64,000 bases of DNA from Ministeria vibrans ATCC 50519 (taxonomy: Eukaryota; Protista; Filasterea), in contig CALSCP010001493.1 in the NCBI GenBank assembly GCA_943704425.1, positions 1 to 64,000 of the forward strand. Reading direction: 5' to 3'. Positions within the stretch are counted from its first letter, which is position 1. Each line of letters starts with the position of its first letter. Positions 25,279 through 40,187 of the stretch are shown piece by piece. The position numbers and the translations under genes were made by a program. The notes beneath the pieces are model-generated. The model made no database searches. It was given only the letters and a program-made list of their open reading frames with translations, and was not told the DNA's origin.

Positions 25279-26923
25279 TTATTCATTCAGCTTGACTGAG
25301 AATCTCGACAGAATTTGACTCTCGTCAGGATTGAAGGGAAACCATTGCGGATAGTTTGTGCCCTACAAATAGACGAGGTTGTACAAATTAAATTAACAGC
25401 AAGACATATTTCACCTCCATACCCAAATGTTCTCGGCCAACACAAATGAAGCACCATAAGTCTTGACGTCGGGAAGGACATTGGTCGGAGCGGGAAAGGC
25501 ATTGGGGACCCCCCAGACGGCTATAGCGGCGTCGACGGCTGCAACAGTAAGGCTCGAGTGTGCGCGGTCAAAGCGTACGCCGCGCGACTGCACACCAAGC
25601 ATGTGCACAGAGCCGCCAAAGACATTGTCGCCAGCTGCAATCCAGTCCCCTTGGCGGTCCGCAACAGCACTGTCAATGTCGGTAGGCGCAAAGGTGTAGA
25701 AGAGGCCCTCGGGGAGTCGAGTAGCCGTCTTGTTGACGAGCGTGAGAGTGATGGTGAGTGACATGTCGTCGTCACCCTGTGCAAACTCCGTCCAGAGACT
25801 CTGAGGCGCACCGTAGTCACGATGTGCCACATCGTCGACACGCGACTCGGTCACGATGGAACAGGCGGGAACGTTGGAGGGTGACACAAACACACGCTGG
25901 AGCTGTGCAGGGATATCTTGGTGCGTTGGATTAACGGTGTTGAAGCACCCCGGCTTTCCATAATCTTTCTTGGCCCAGTCGGGGATGGGCGATACATCCA
26001 GATAGGCATCCCAGAAGCGTTGAAAGTCGTCTCCACTGTACGAAGTGTACTGGAAATGCGCCAAGGGGTGTGCAGTGGACGCCCACGAGTCGTTGCGTGG
26101 GCCCGACAGACGTACAAGTGCGCCTGTGGACGGGTCCAGCTGCAGCGTGAGCGCACCGCATTGGAACGTCTAAAGAAACAAACAAACAAGTTATTAAGAG
26201 TCATTCAGATTGCGCTGCACAGACCTTATCCATAAGACGATCAAGAGGGACAGACACATAGCCGGCCGTGGAAGGAACTGTGGGTGAATCAATGACGGAA
26301 AACTCTTTCGCAATGTCCTGTGCCAGTGCACTTCGACTGTCCAATGCGCTCACTGCAAACTCATAATCCCATTTGCGTTGACGGTTCCATGAGCTACAAA
26401 CCATAATCCTATTATGAATTTCTGGTCGTGGTGTCTCGTGTGTTTGTGTGAGTGTTACTCAGTCATCATTTGAAAGTTTGAGAGATTTCGACTGTGCTCA
26501 AAATCCACATTGGACCAATTGGTCTCATCGTGAAGGAATGTCTTGACATCCAATCCATCAGTGTGCTAAATACACGCACATGCATACGGGAAAAAAGAAG
26601 AAGAGAGAAAAAGAATCAGAGTAATCCAGAGAGAAGGAAGAACAAAAAAAAAGGAACAGAATGATACAGAGAGAAGAACAAAGAGATATGTCTCAGTCAG
26701 TCGGAATATCGCTTCGTCTGTCTGCAAAAGTTTCAGTACCTCTCCTGACTTGGTGAGAAGACGTGTGAAGTTGTAGAAGGCATGGTCCTGCATTGAGCAC
26801 TGTGTGTTTGCCAGACACGCAGTGCGCAGACGCTGCACTGCCCGCTCCTTTGCCACTTTGCGCGGGTCTGTGGCCACCCCAAACGTCCATGTGTCCCCAA
26901 TATCCTCTAAAATACAATAATTA

Positions 26924-27007
<84 letters not shown>

Positions 27008-28253
27008 TTATATATATATATATATATATATATCTGGTATATCAGAGCAGAATGTAAACATTTTGTGCGTACGAGTGATGAGAGGGAGTTGTTCGAGGGG
27101 AGCATTCGCTTTGAGGGCGCTGATGAACGTGTCGTAGGTGCTCGCTTGAATCGTGTGTGCCGTTGGAAAGTCTACTTTGGCCCGCGCAAACACACCGAGT
27201 ACTTCATCAACACTCTCCGGTGGTCCTAACAACATCACGGTGTGAAGGAATGAGAAAGTCTATTCATATAATAATATTATATCTGTCGTGCACAAACACA
27301 CATTGTACGGACCTGCGTTGTCACCACGCCAGGCGGGAAGGAGCACTTGCGAGAAGCCTGGTACACGAATAGCGTCAACAATGTCCTCACCGCCGTAGCC
27401 CTTGGGATGCCAGAAGGCAAGGACTGTGCTGGGGCCGTTTTGCCAGCGAAAGGCGCGCGGGACATTGGGTGGTGTCGAAGCAGTGTTGACACCCACCGCC
27501 ACGGCGGATACGTTGCTGTTGAGAAGCAGCGGGAGTACAGACTTGCTCATGCCGGGCACATCACGTTGGGAGAGCGTTTGTTTTGGCGCGCGGCCCAGCA
27601 TGCGGTCGAGATTGTGGGTGATTTCGATGGCGGCGGTCACGAGCGACGCGTCCATCGTGCCCAGCTCGGCATTGAAGGGAAACGCATGCCACGTGATCCA
27701 TTCGTTTGCGACTGCCTCGTGGAAGTGGGCCAATGCCGTTGCATTTGGACAGTGCAGCCCCATGCCGCTGGGGCAGTCGAGGAAGAGCGAAATGAGATAG
27801 CTTTGCGTCATGAACTACAAACGCACACACACACATAAACAAAACAAACTTTGTGTTGGTTTTTTTCCCCCCGCTCACCTTGAGTTGCTCGCGCCCACCG
27901 CGGTCCCTCAGCGCCTTGCCAATGGCATACGCGCGGGGGAAGTGCGTGTCGAAGTAGCGGTTGACAATGGCGGGGGCGGTGTCGGCAAAGCCCACGTCCA
28001 GATGGCACGCAAAGACAATGTGCACCGTGTCCACGGCAACACTCGCGCCCGCGAAGAAGCACTGCGGGGCCCCCCGGGCACCCGCGCTCCCGCCAAAGCA
28101 GCACCCGCGCTCCCTGCAGGCTGTCTCGTCGATTCCGGCGTATCCGCAATCAATGCGCTTAGAGGGATCCACCGTGCATGTGGCAGCATCTCCTGCCAAC
28201 ACGCCGTCGGCACTGACCAGCGCAAACGCAAGCACGGCGATGAGCAGGCGCAT
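25279..28253 (-). CDS. Secreted trefoil (P-type) + DUF5054/GH38-like putative glycoside hydrolase
   Basis: Signal peptide; CTVDPSKRIDCGYAGIDETACRERGCCF...PQCFF; VHIVFACHLDVGF; ITWHAFPFN; RDVPG; EDIGDTWTFGVATDPRK; NKTATRLPE; ENIW|GTNYPQWFP. Confidence 0.8.
26923..27005. repeat. (ATT)n microsatellite followed by (TA)n, intronic
   Basis: Direct reading of the sequence. Confidence 0.95.
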
Positions 28254-28389
28254 TTTACGACAAAGAAAGAACTGAATTTTTCAATTTACTGAAACGTACA
28301 ATATACATAAGAATCAAGAAATATAAATTATAAGATCACTTTTTAGTTTTTTGCTCCCTCTGCCCACCTGATTACTCTCCCCTTTGACT

Positions 28390-30152
28390 ATGTCGTTGGA
28401 CGTTGCTGCCATCCTCCAAAAGAGCCGCGAGCAGGAACTTGCCAGCAAGGCCCGCATTACCGTCGCCCCGCGCGAACACCAGCCCATCTTTGATCTGGGT
28501 AACCTCTCACATCCCTCTCTCCCCTTTTTGCTTTGCGTGGTGTTGAGTCATGCACTCAAAAACAAAAAAAGAAGGGCGTTTTGAGTGTTGAACGAGTGAA
28601 TTAAGTTCTGCACGTGAAGCCCATATCGGCTTCTTTTCGCCTTTCCTCACCCACCGTTGGTTTGCCACACACACTTATGACTGCCGAGATACGAAAATGC
28701 GCGTCTCTTTGCTTTGTCTTTGCGAGCAACAGCACTCTTTACTCCCCACTCTTTCGTTGTCTCTTTCGTCTCTCTCTCTCTCACTCTCTCTCTCTCTCTC
28801 ACTCACACACTCTGTCTTGCAGGCAACCTTTTGGTGATTGACACAGAGCCTCTGGAGGTCGCAGGCGCCCATGATGTGCCCCACAGTGTCGCGGAGGAGC
28901 GGAGACGCGCGCGTGCTCGCGACAATGTCCAGTTGTTGGTAATACGCCTAGTCGAAAAACAGGTGTTTGTGTGATCCTCACTTGCCACTGTCGCTTCGTC
29001 CACTGCCCACAGATCAACGAGATCTGGGCTCTTCCAACCAAGGTTGTCGAGGAGAGTGTGGTCGCCGAGTTGCCCGAGCCCAGCACACGATTGCCGCGCG
29101 AGAAGAGGGTCAGTCTGGGCCATGCGCCGAGTGAGTGCCTTGTTGCGTCTCATCACTTGCTTTGTAGCTTCCTGAAGAGGTGCCTCTTACCAAGTGGCAG
29201 CAGTTTGCACAGACCAAGGGAATCCACAAGGAGAAGCGCAGTAAGATGATCTTCGACGAACAGAAACAGGTATACGCAAGAGCACAATCAAGTGGCGTTT
29301 TTTGAGGCTGTTTTCCTTTTTGACCCTTTGTTCATTCGCGTTTGCACCGTAGGAATGGATGCCTCGCCATGGCTACAAGCGTGCCAACGACGATCAGCAC
29401 GACTGGCTTATTGAGCTCAAGGACCAAGAGGGTACCACTGAAAGAGAAACGAAGGAGAGGGAGACGCAAAGAGATGAGATGAAAAGAGGAGAAACAAAGT
29501 GATAGAGATGCCTCCTCTCACCCTGTCGATGGTGCTGCTTTGTGACTTGTAGATCCACTGACAGACGCATTTGCAAAGCGACGCGAAGAGAAGAAGGAAC
29601 GTGTGGAGAAGAACAAGAAGAACCAACTGAGGAACATTGCTTCGTCACTCAGAGCCAAGCAAGGTATTTCCTCATTCTTTTTTTGTCCGTCTGTGTGTCT
29701 GTCTGTCTCTGACTATTTTTGGGCGTGCTTAGCTTCTGGAGTGCGACCGACACTGTCGGAGCAGAAGGTGCTCCTGGATGGAACACTGACGGACACGCGT
29801 GCGTCCACAGCGTCCCTTGGCCGCTTCGATAAGAAGCTCAAGGACGAGCCGAAGGAGAAGAAGCGCGGAATCAAGCGAAAGGTATTCAGAATAACAATCG
29901 ACTCTTGCCATTGCATCACACCGAAAATTAACTCTTTTCTGCTTTTTATTGTCGTGTTAGTTTGAGCCTGTGATGGGTGATCTTGCCGGGGAACGTGCGC
30001 GTCAAAAGTCGGTTGTGGAGCGACTGTTGTCTGGTGCAGGACCTATTGACACAGCACTCGCAGCCAAGGCTGGGGCAGCCGCAGGGGCAGGAACGGGCGA
30101 GCGCAAGAAGGGCAAGGGTATCACTCAGAAGAGCAAACAGAACAGAAAGTAA
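28390..30152 (+). CDS. RRS1: Ribosome biogenesis regulatory protein Rrs1
   Basis: FDLG|NLLVID, RARDNVQLL|INEIWALP, LPEPSTRLPREKR|LPEEVPLTKWQQFAQTKGI, EWMPRHGYKRAN, STASLGRFDKKL. Confidence 0.95.
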
Positions 30153-30170
30153 TTTCTCTTTTTCGCATTT

Positions 30171-33100
30171 TCAAGTGTACACTTTTCTTCTTTTTTAATC
30201 CAACAACTGTGAGGGGATTCGAACAACAAACTCGATGTGTGTGGTGTGGCACCATTCAGAGAGAGGAGAGGGTTGAGCCGCGGAAGCCCATCTCTGGCTC
30301 CACATTGAGCGCAGCACCCGCTGCAAACGCCGCTGTGACCTCTCCTTCCTCACTCACATGCGTCCCCTACAAAGCCCAATTGTTTTCACACGACACTCAA
30401 AAACATTGATCGTACAGTAATCGCAAAGCTCAGTGTCTGATTGGCTGCCACACCAAAGTCGACAAGACGAGCATCAAGATCAATAATGGCAATGCCGTGC
30501 GCGGTAACCAGGTCAATGGCAGAGAACCCGGGTGCGTTCAATCTACTCAGGATCAGCTGCTTGGCCTGCCGCAATGTCGTCTCGACTGTCAGTGGCATAG
30601 TCAGCTTCGAGCCGGTTTGTCGCGTTGCTCGTCCTAATTATGAGAATAATAAAAAATAACAATAATATTAATAAAATATATTTTATAATAATTTTTATAT
30701 TATTATTAGAGTAGTAATATAACAAGGGGAGAAAGATACAGTAATGAATTTAATAACAATAATAATAATAATAATAAATTCACTATTATTATTATTATTA
30801 TTATTATGTACCTTTCCGCGTGAGCCGCATGATGCTTCCTGTCTACAAAACACATGCAACGTGAGTGCCCCAACATCAAATATGTCTCCACATCAGATTG
30901 CGTACCACGGGGATATCTATCAAGTCCGTCGTCGTCTCACTCCCTTCCTTCCCCTTCTCCTCCTCCTCCGATTTCTCCTCCTCATCGTCTTCGCCATCGT
31001 CTGCCTCACTGTCGTCACAGTCTTTGTCGCTGCTCTCGTGGTAGTCATCGTCGTCGTCGTTTCCCTTCTTCTTCTTCTTCACCTTTGCCTTTTCTACTTT
31101 CACGACACTCTCCACATTTCGATGAATCAAATTCACCTAAAAAAAAAAGAAGAACAGCCAAATGAAAACCACAATGCGTAACTCCACTTCGCGCACGACA
31201 TTACCTTCTCCAGCACAATCTGTCCGAGTATTTTACCACGGCGTGCGCGTCGGCCCGCACCCACCCCCGCACCAGCATCCACAGTCACAAATGTCTCAAA
31301 CACCGCCTCATCATCGTCAACATCATCGTCATCCACGTCAATTACCCCTCCATCTCTTTTCTCACTGCACTCTTCGCATTCTTCGACACTTGTGCTGTAC
31401 CCGCCACTACCACGTCGTTCAATCTTTACAGGCGTTCCGATGCACTACACAACGAACACATCTCGTCTCATCTCGGTCGCACACATGCACTGCTCATCTC
31501 CTCATACACACACACACAACACGCATACACACACACTCACTCACAGGCTCTCTTTTTGAATACCTTGAAATCCGAGTCATCTAACAGTGTCTTCCATTCG
31601 TTCTCCTCCAGCACCACAAAATCCAGCTCGTCCTTGGTCAACTTGCCGTGCCGACACAAACAGCCTGGTAGAGAAAAAAAAAGAAGAAAAAACAATCAGG
31701 CAATTACAGAAATAATATAATTACGATTGTCTTTCTCTCACTGTCAGAGTCGAGTGTGATGGGCCCCAAAAGAGGTGTTTTAAAGTCAAGGGCGTCGATA
31801 AAAGTCTCAGGAACACTGTAGAAGACGCCCTCGTCGAGTAACTGCTCCTTCTTCGAGACCTGCACAGCACAGCCACACTCTGTCATTCAAACACTGTGCA
31901 ACGCCAAAACAATATCTCCATGTGACTACCTTGCTACCCTCACTCAGCCTCTTGTGCCGCTTGAGCACCTTCCTGTAGCGTGAGCGTCGGTCCTTCACAA
32001 CGTTGCGCGCTCGAGCCAGATCCTCGGCCGCCCCTCGCTTCTCCACCTGACACTTGGGACAGCCCATGGGATGGCGCGCCTCAAGCTCAGCGGGGTATTC
32101 ATGAAACACAATGGAGGCGGGATCCTATTGTACAAGGCGAGAGGCAAAGTAAGAGAAGTACAACTCATTTTAAAGACTTACAAAGTACTTCTTGAGAATG
32201 TCGCGACCCTCCGTGTCCACCAACTTGACTCGCTTCGTCTTGAGCTCGGCACGTAAAACAAATCCGTGCGCACACAAGACATTGTCGTTGATCACGACTA
32301 CTGGCGCATCGTCTTCGCGCGTATCCATTGCCGTCCCTCCCACCCCACTACCCTCTTCCGTCTTCTTCGTGTCCATTGGTATCGGCCCTCCTTCCGTCGT
32401 CCCTCTCCGCTTCCCCTCCTCCTTCTTCAGCTGCGCTCCCTCCTCCTCCTCACCATCCTCATTGCCATCATCGTCGTCAGAGTCCTCACAATCATATAGT
32501 GCGTAAGGTGATGAGATTACCCGTGCCACCTCAGGTGTCACACTTGAAAAAGAAAATATTAAAAAAAAACAAAAGTCAGACTGGCACATTGCACGCACAA
32601 CCAAACTCACATGTAGTGCGGTTCCGTCAACTCCTCGGTGGCATCGGGCAACGGAAATACATGATCGGTGAGCTCAATCTTGTCCCTTTGTCGCTGTTTG
32701 GCTGCATACGTGGTTGCAGCAAGGCGCTGCAGACACGCTGAGCACATGTCGTTGTCCGTCAGACGGTGCGACAGTCCGTACTGTGATTCCAGCCTACGAA
32801 AAATACACAAATATTACAAGAATTAGCGCACACATGCACATAAATGCAAGGTATAATACATACGCATATGACACAAAGATTTATACATATCCCAACACAG
32901 CTATATTGATATAGACGCACACACACACACACATAAACGTATAGAGACATACCAATCCAACACGTCGAGTGGAACACGCATTCCGTGCGAGCGCGCCACC
33001 AGGGCAAGCTTCCCATGCTTGCATACTAACTCACCCATGTCGATGGTCTCCTTGCGCATCAGAAAGTGTCGCAGTACCTTCTCTGTCGCCAAAAGCCTAC

Positions 33101-35699
33101 AATATAAATTAACATAACAACTAGTACGCATACACACACACACACACACTAATATATGTCACGCACTCATCTCCTCCACTGTATTTGGCGTCCGCCTCTT
33201 CGATAAGATAGCCGCGCAAGACCTCGTCGTCGGTGCCATAGTCCATCATGCGAGGCAGGATCGCGTGGATACGATCATTGAACGCCTCATGCTTGCTCAT
33301 CAGCTGGTCAAGCCAGGACATAGGCAACCAGCCGTGCTCGGTGCGCTCCGACGCACAATTCATTGCTGTGCCTGTCGACTGGGGTGTTGTATGTAACTGC
33401 TTCAGCTGGTCCGCCTTACGTTTCCTATCCCCCTTCCTCTTGCTCGCCGCCGTCGGTGGAGTCTCCTGAAAGTCATCATCGCTGTCTTCATCGTCGTCTT
33501 TGCTGGCGCCGCCTCCGTTCTCCTTCTCTCCATCCGCCTCACCACCACCATTTACTTTCTTTTCCTCCGTCACTATTGATCCGTCTCCTTCGCTCGTTTC
33601 TGCCTCCGGTGCACGCTTGGTCCTCTTGCGACCCCTTCCACGACCAGCCTTGGACCCGCTCTCTGCCGTGCCATTCTTTGGCAATGGCAAGTCCAACCGA
33701 CCCATGATGTCCAACACTTCGGTTTGAAACTCATCGTGAAGCTTGGCGTGCATATGCTTTGACGCCAACCACTTAGCATGAGTCGCGTCGGTCCACTTCT
33801 TGTCCATGCGCAACACATCCTGCAACCAGTTGCTCATGCCCTCGACGCTGTCCACCACGGGAGTGCTCGCAAAGGAGCTCTTGCGACGCACGTACACCAG
33901 CATGTAAGCTTCCTTAGACGACAGCATGCGCGGCGTGCTACTGCTAGTCGCGGCCTTCTTGCCTCTCTTGTGGCTGCGCGCCGGCAAAGATGTGCTACCA
34001 GGCGACGACAGGTTGTCGCTGAGGTCACACGCAATTTTGGCATCGTGTGCCAGGGAATCCTCTTCGTCGACCATGACCGTGTTGGCTGGTTCAATCGTGA
34101 CCGTCGAGTCGTTGTAAATGATCCAGTTTCCGCGGCCGTCCGAACGAACGCGAGCCACATAGTGGCCGTGGTTCGCCGCACTGCCCACATGGTTGAGCAC
34201 AGCGACAAGTTCGTAAATATGTTCGTCGCTGCTGCTGTTCGTCGTGCTCTGAGCAGCGTTGGTGGGCGGGGTGGCAGTGGTCTTGTTGGTGCTGTGAGAT
34301 GCAATATAGGGACCAAAGTCAATCTGCTCGGGGTACGCGTAGCTGTCGGTGACCTTCTGCTTGTAGCTGCGTTGGGGGTCGTAAACAAAGCGAATGAGGG
34401 AGACATTGAGGACGGGTGCAAGTTCACGAATGAGTTGGCGTCGGGTGGCAGGCTGAAGCGATTCACACGCGCTGCAATAGTACATGTTCTCTTCGTCGAG
34501 GACTTCGGGGCGCAAAAACTCGTCGAGAGACTTGTCGAGGCTGCAAAAGCCCTTGATGTTGAGCTGCAGTTCGAGCATGGGTGTCTCGCGTGCGCTCGTT
34601 GCGCCACACGTGCTGCACTCCGTCTCGTACTCGATTGATGACTGGTACATCTCAGTGAGACGCTGGCCAAGCGAGGGAAGACGGCGCTGGAGCATCTCCA
34701 AGAAAAGTTTGCTAAACTCAAGGGCGTCCTGTTGCACGTCGAGCGGAATCTGCATCGACCGCATAAAGGCAATGGGGTCGACCGTGCATCGATGACCAAA
34801 CTTGAGACGTGCCATGAGCTTGGCAAGTTCCACGAGAGGCAAGGTGTTAGCAGTAGCATCGGCCAGAGGCTTGTCGTCGTCGTTGTCGTCGTCTTCAGCA
34901 GCAGCGGGAGTTTGAGTTTCCACCTCCATCATTGTTGATGATGCTGCCATTGGCTCTGTGTCTTTTGCGGCCGTCCCAACCTTTAGTCTGTGCCACAAGT
35001 CGCGGTGCTTTTGAAAGATAGCGTTGCACTTGGTGAGGGGGTTGCACAGGGCCCGCTCCTCGTCAGTGGTGGGCTCCCAGCGCACGACCACCTCAAACAA
35101 GCACGGCAGGTTCACCCACACCTGCAGAAGCGAGTTGGCATAGCAGGTGGCGCCGAGGTTGGTCAGACCAACGGGGCGACCAGGCTGACGGGCATTGAGG
35201 CACACGTCGGGGCCCAGGCGTGCGTCTTTGAGGCACTCGCTGAGCGTGTCGACGCGACCAAAGACAAGTCCGTGTCGACAGTTCGGAGTGTCTTTGGACG
35301 CGCGGTGCTTTGACGCCCTGACGCACTCCACGTCGCACCGGAAGAACGCGAAGAGATGTTCGCGGCCAAGGGGGAATGCGATCGGCTCGTCGTCGCTGCT
35401 GATGCCCTGAGAAAGAGAGAAAGAGAGAAGAGAGAGAGACAGATTGCGATTGCATTCCGTTTTTATTTTATGGTTTGTGAGTATGTTTTTTGTGCAGGAA
35501 ACGGCTTGAATTGCATGTGAGCAACCCAGGCGTGCGTGTGGCAGGGCAAAAAGTCAGCGGCGAGGCGTGTAAAGCCCGTCAATGTGTGTTTGTTTACCAG
35601 CAACACGCGCGGCTGTAGCTTGACATTGTCCACCCCAGCGGCCCACTGCAGCTCGTCCTTCTTTAGCGCAAGCTTTAACGAGCCTGATGAGGGTGGCAT
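30171..35699 (-). CDS. USP48: Ubiquitin-specific protease 48 (C19 peptidase, DUSP repeats, C-terminal UBL)
   Basis: GLTNLGATCYANSLLQVW, QQDALEF, HVGSAANHGHY, YNDSTV, AYMLVY; DUSP-type CKHG/LCAHG/LCRHG; UBL exon; C-terminal EPEMGFRGSTL. Confidence 0.88.
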
Positions 35700-35893
35700 G
35701 GAAAAGGCACAAAGAGTGATCAATGAAAAATCTTAATTCTTCAATCATCAATGTGTGTTTCCGCAACTATCATAATTATAATTATAATTATACTACGTAA
35801 CTACGATCTGTCTCATAAAATAGATTAGAGGCACCCAGGCACAATTTGTCTTCTATAGTATATGTCTCTTTGCAGCAACGTATTTTTTACGTT

Positions 35894-37669
<1,776 letters not shown>

Positions 37670-37735
37670 ACTGACAATAATAATATAATAGAGAAAAAAA
37701 ATAATAATCGAATAAATCGATTATTTTTAATTTTT

Positions 37736-38342
37736 TCATTCGTTGGTCTTTTGTCGCTTTTCATCCTGATCGGATTCTGGTGCGTCGGCAGGACGCTTCA
37801 ATTCAACTCGTTTGGGCTCGAGACGACGAACTTCCACAGTGTTAGGCTCAACCCTACACACAAAAATACAACACGACAAGGCGCATGAGAATGTGACTGA
37901 TACATTGTGTTGGCATACTTTTTCTTGCGCACAAGCGACGTCAAATCGTTTGCAAGAGGAGCAGCGGAAGTGGAAGAAGCAGAGGCGCCACTCGACGACG
38001 CTGATCCTGATGCTGATGCTGTTGTAGTGGTGGTGGTGGTACTAGTGGAAGTTACCGAAGATGAGTTGCCAAAGCCTAACGGAAATCGACAAATCAAGGA
38101 AAATGAGCGGTATATTCGGTTTTGCAATTCTGGTCGAACCAATTGTGGTGGTTGAGCCGGTTGCCAGATCCACAGTTGTCTCATCGTTCATTTCTTCATC
38201 TTGAGCCTCGGTTATCTGACAGAGAAAGGGAGATAGCGAGAGAGAGAGCAAAAGAGAGAGAAACAAAGTGATAGAAGAGGAATCAAAATTGTGTGAGATA
38301 GAGAAGGAATCAAAATTGTGTGAGATTGAGGAGACTGGCAAT

Positions 38343-38387
<45 letters not shown>

Positions 38388-39997
38388 CGAACCTTTGCTG
38401 AGATTTCGGGCAACAAGGCACGCAACTCAGTGACTTCGGGAGACGCACTCTGAGAGGATTGCGATGCTGGTCCTTTGCCTTGAACGAGAGAAGAGAGGAA
38501 AGGGAGAGAGAGAGAAACAACATTATAATTGGAGAGATCTGGAGGTTAATCAGTGTCAATATACCTTTTCCTTTAGAGGTCGACACAGAGAGTCTTGAAA
38601 TGCGACTCTAAAATAATACAGGGAATTAATACAACAGAGACAAGAGAGACAAGAGAGAGAGGAAAAAAAAACAAAGTGATAGAGAGTGAGAGAGAGGAGG
38701 GAGAAAGAAACAAAGTGATAGAGAGGGAGAGAGGAGGGAGAAAGAAACAAAGTGATAGACAGAGTGAGAGAGAGGAGGGAGAAAGAAACAAAGTGATAGA
38801 GAGAGAGTGTGTGTGTGTGTGTGTGTGTGTTGCACGTTGATAATGTCCTGTGCAGTCTGGTAGTGCTGCACTGCAAGCGGAAGTTGCTTGGCCCACTGCA
38901 GCGCACGCGCAAGCGAAAAGTGCGCTTCGGCCAACTGACGGTCATCTGACTCACAGAACGCTACGCAAGGAAGAGCATTAGGAAGTACATCAAATGAAAT
39001 AGGCTTACTTTGAACAAGATCAACGTATTTGGTCAGGTCTTCCACCGCCTGTGCAAAGTTTTCTCCCTGAAAACCACACACAGCGTACAAAAGTGAGTGA
39101 CTAGTGCACACACAGTGACAAGTGTCGTTGTACCTCAATGCCGTGCTCTCCCAGCTGCTGATACACACTCGCGAGTCCCCTTCGGTGCGCTTCATCAGAG
39201 CTGCGACTGAAAATACTACACAAAAATGATTGTGTTAACTTTGCAACGGGGACGAGAAGAAGGCGTACATGCGAGCACACTCGAGAATCTCCCAGGCAAT
39301 CTGGAGGTCGCTCACGTCCTCTTCCTCTTCGTCAACCTCAACTTCATCCACTGGTGCAGCAGCAGTAGTAGAAGCAGAACCACTAGCAGCTGCAGTTGCA
39401 GTCGAAGTAGATGCAGCAGCTGCACCAGCAGCACCAGGCTCAGAACTGGCTGTGGCACTCACCGCTGCACTCTCTATCACAGCACCGCCTTCGTCACTCT
39501 CGTCAGCTACAACGACACACACGCACACGCCGAAAAAAGAAAAGAGCCCCAGTTCAAAAGAAGGTTGCGTATGTGCAACTCAGCTAAACCCAGCTCACCT
39601 TGCTCTTCGTCCATTCCCCCACCGGCAGCCAGGAGCTGTAGAGTAATGCGTTGACTCGTTAAACTCACGCTCTCCCTCACACACACAAGCTACATACCAT
39701 ATTCTGTGCCCGCGCCTGTGCCAACAATGCACGCCCGTAAAGCAGGTAGCCGTCGCCACACTCGTCTGCCATCTCGCCATACACGCCAACAAACGTTTCA
39801 AGTGCGCTTTCGAAACACTCAATCGCACTCTCAAATGCGCCACAGGCCATCTGTCGCTTTCCCTCACTATACAAAACACCGCACACACACGCATTCGTGT
39901 TGTGAAAGTCAATAGGATAACTGGACGCCGCGCGAGCAAAGCGACAGCGACTTTTTGCTCGTGGTCAGAACGGCATTTCATAAATGCGCGCGAAAAT

Positions 39998-40034
<37 letters not shown>

Positions 40035-40154
40035 TTCGTCCACCATAACCACTGGAGATGCAGCGGACGCCATACGCCGCTGCAGGAAGAGAGTGCGTGT
40101 ATACGTAAAGCGGTGCGCCAGGCGAGGGCAGTCAGCGTGAAGCGACAAAGACTT

Positions 40155-40187
<33 letters not shown>

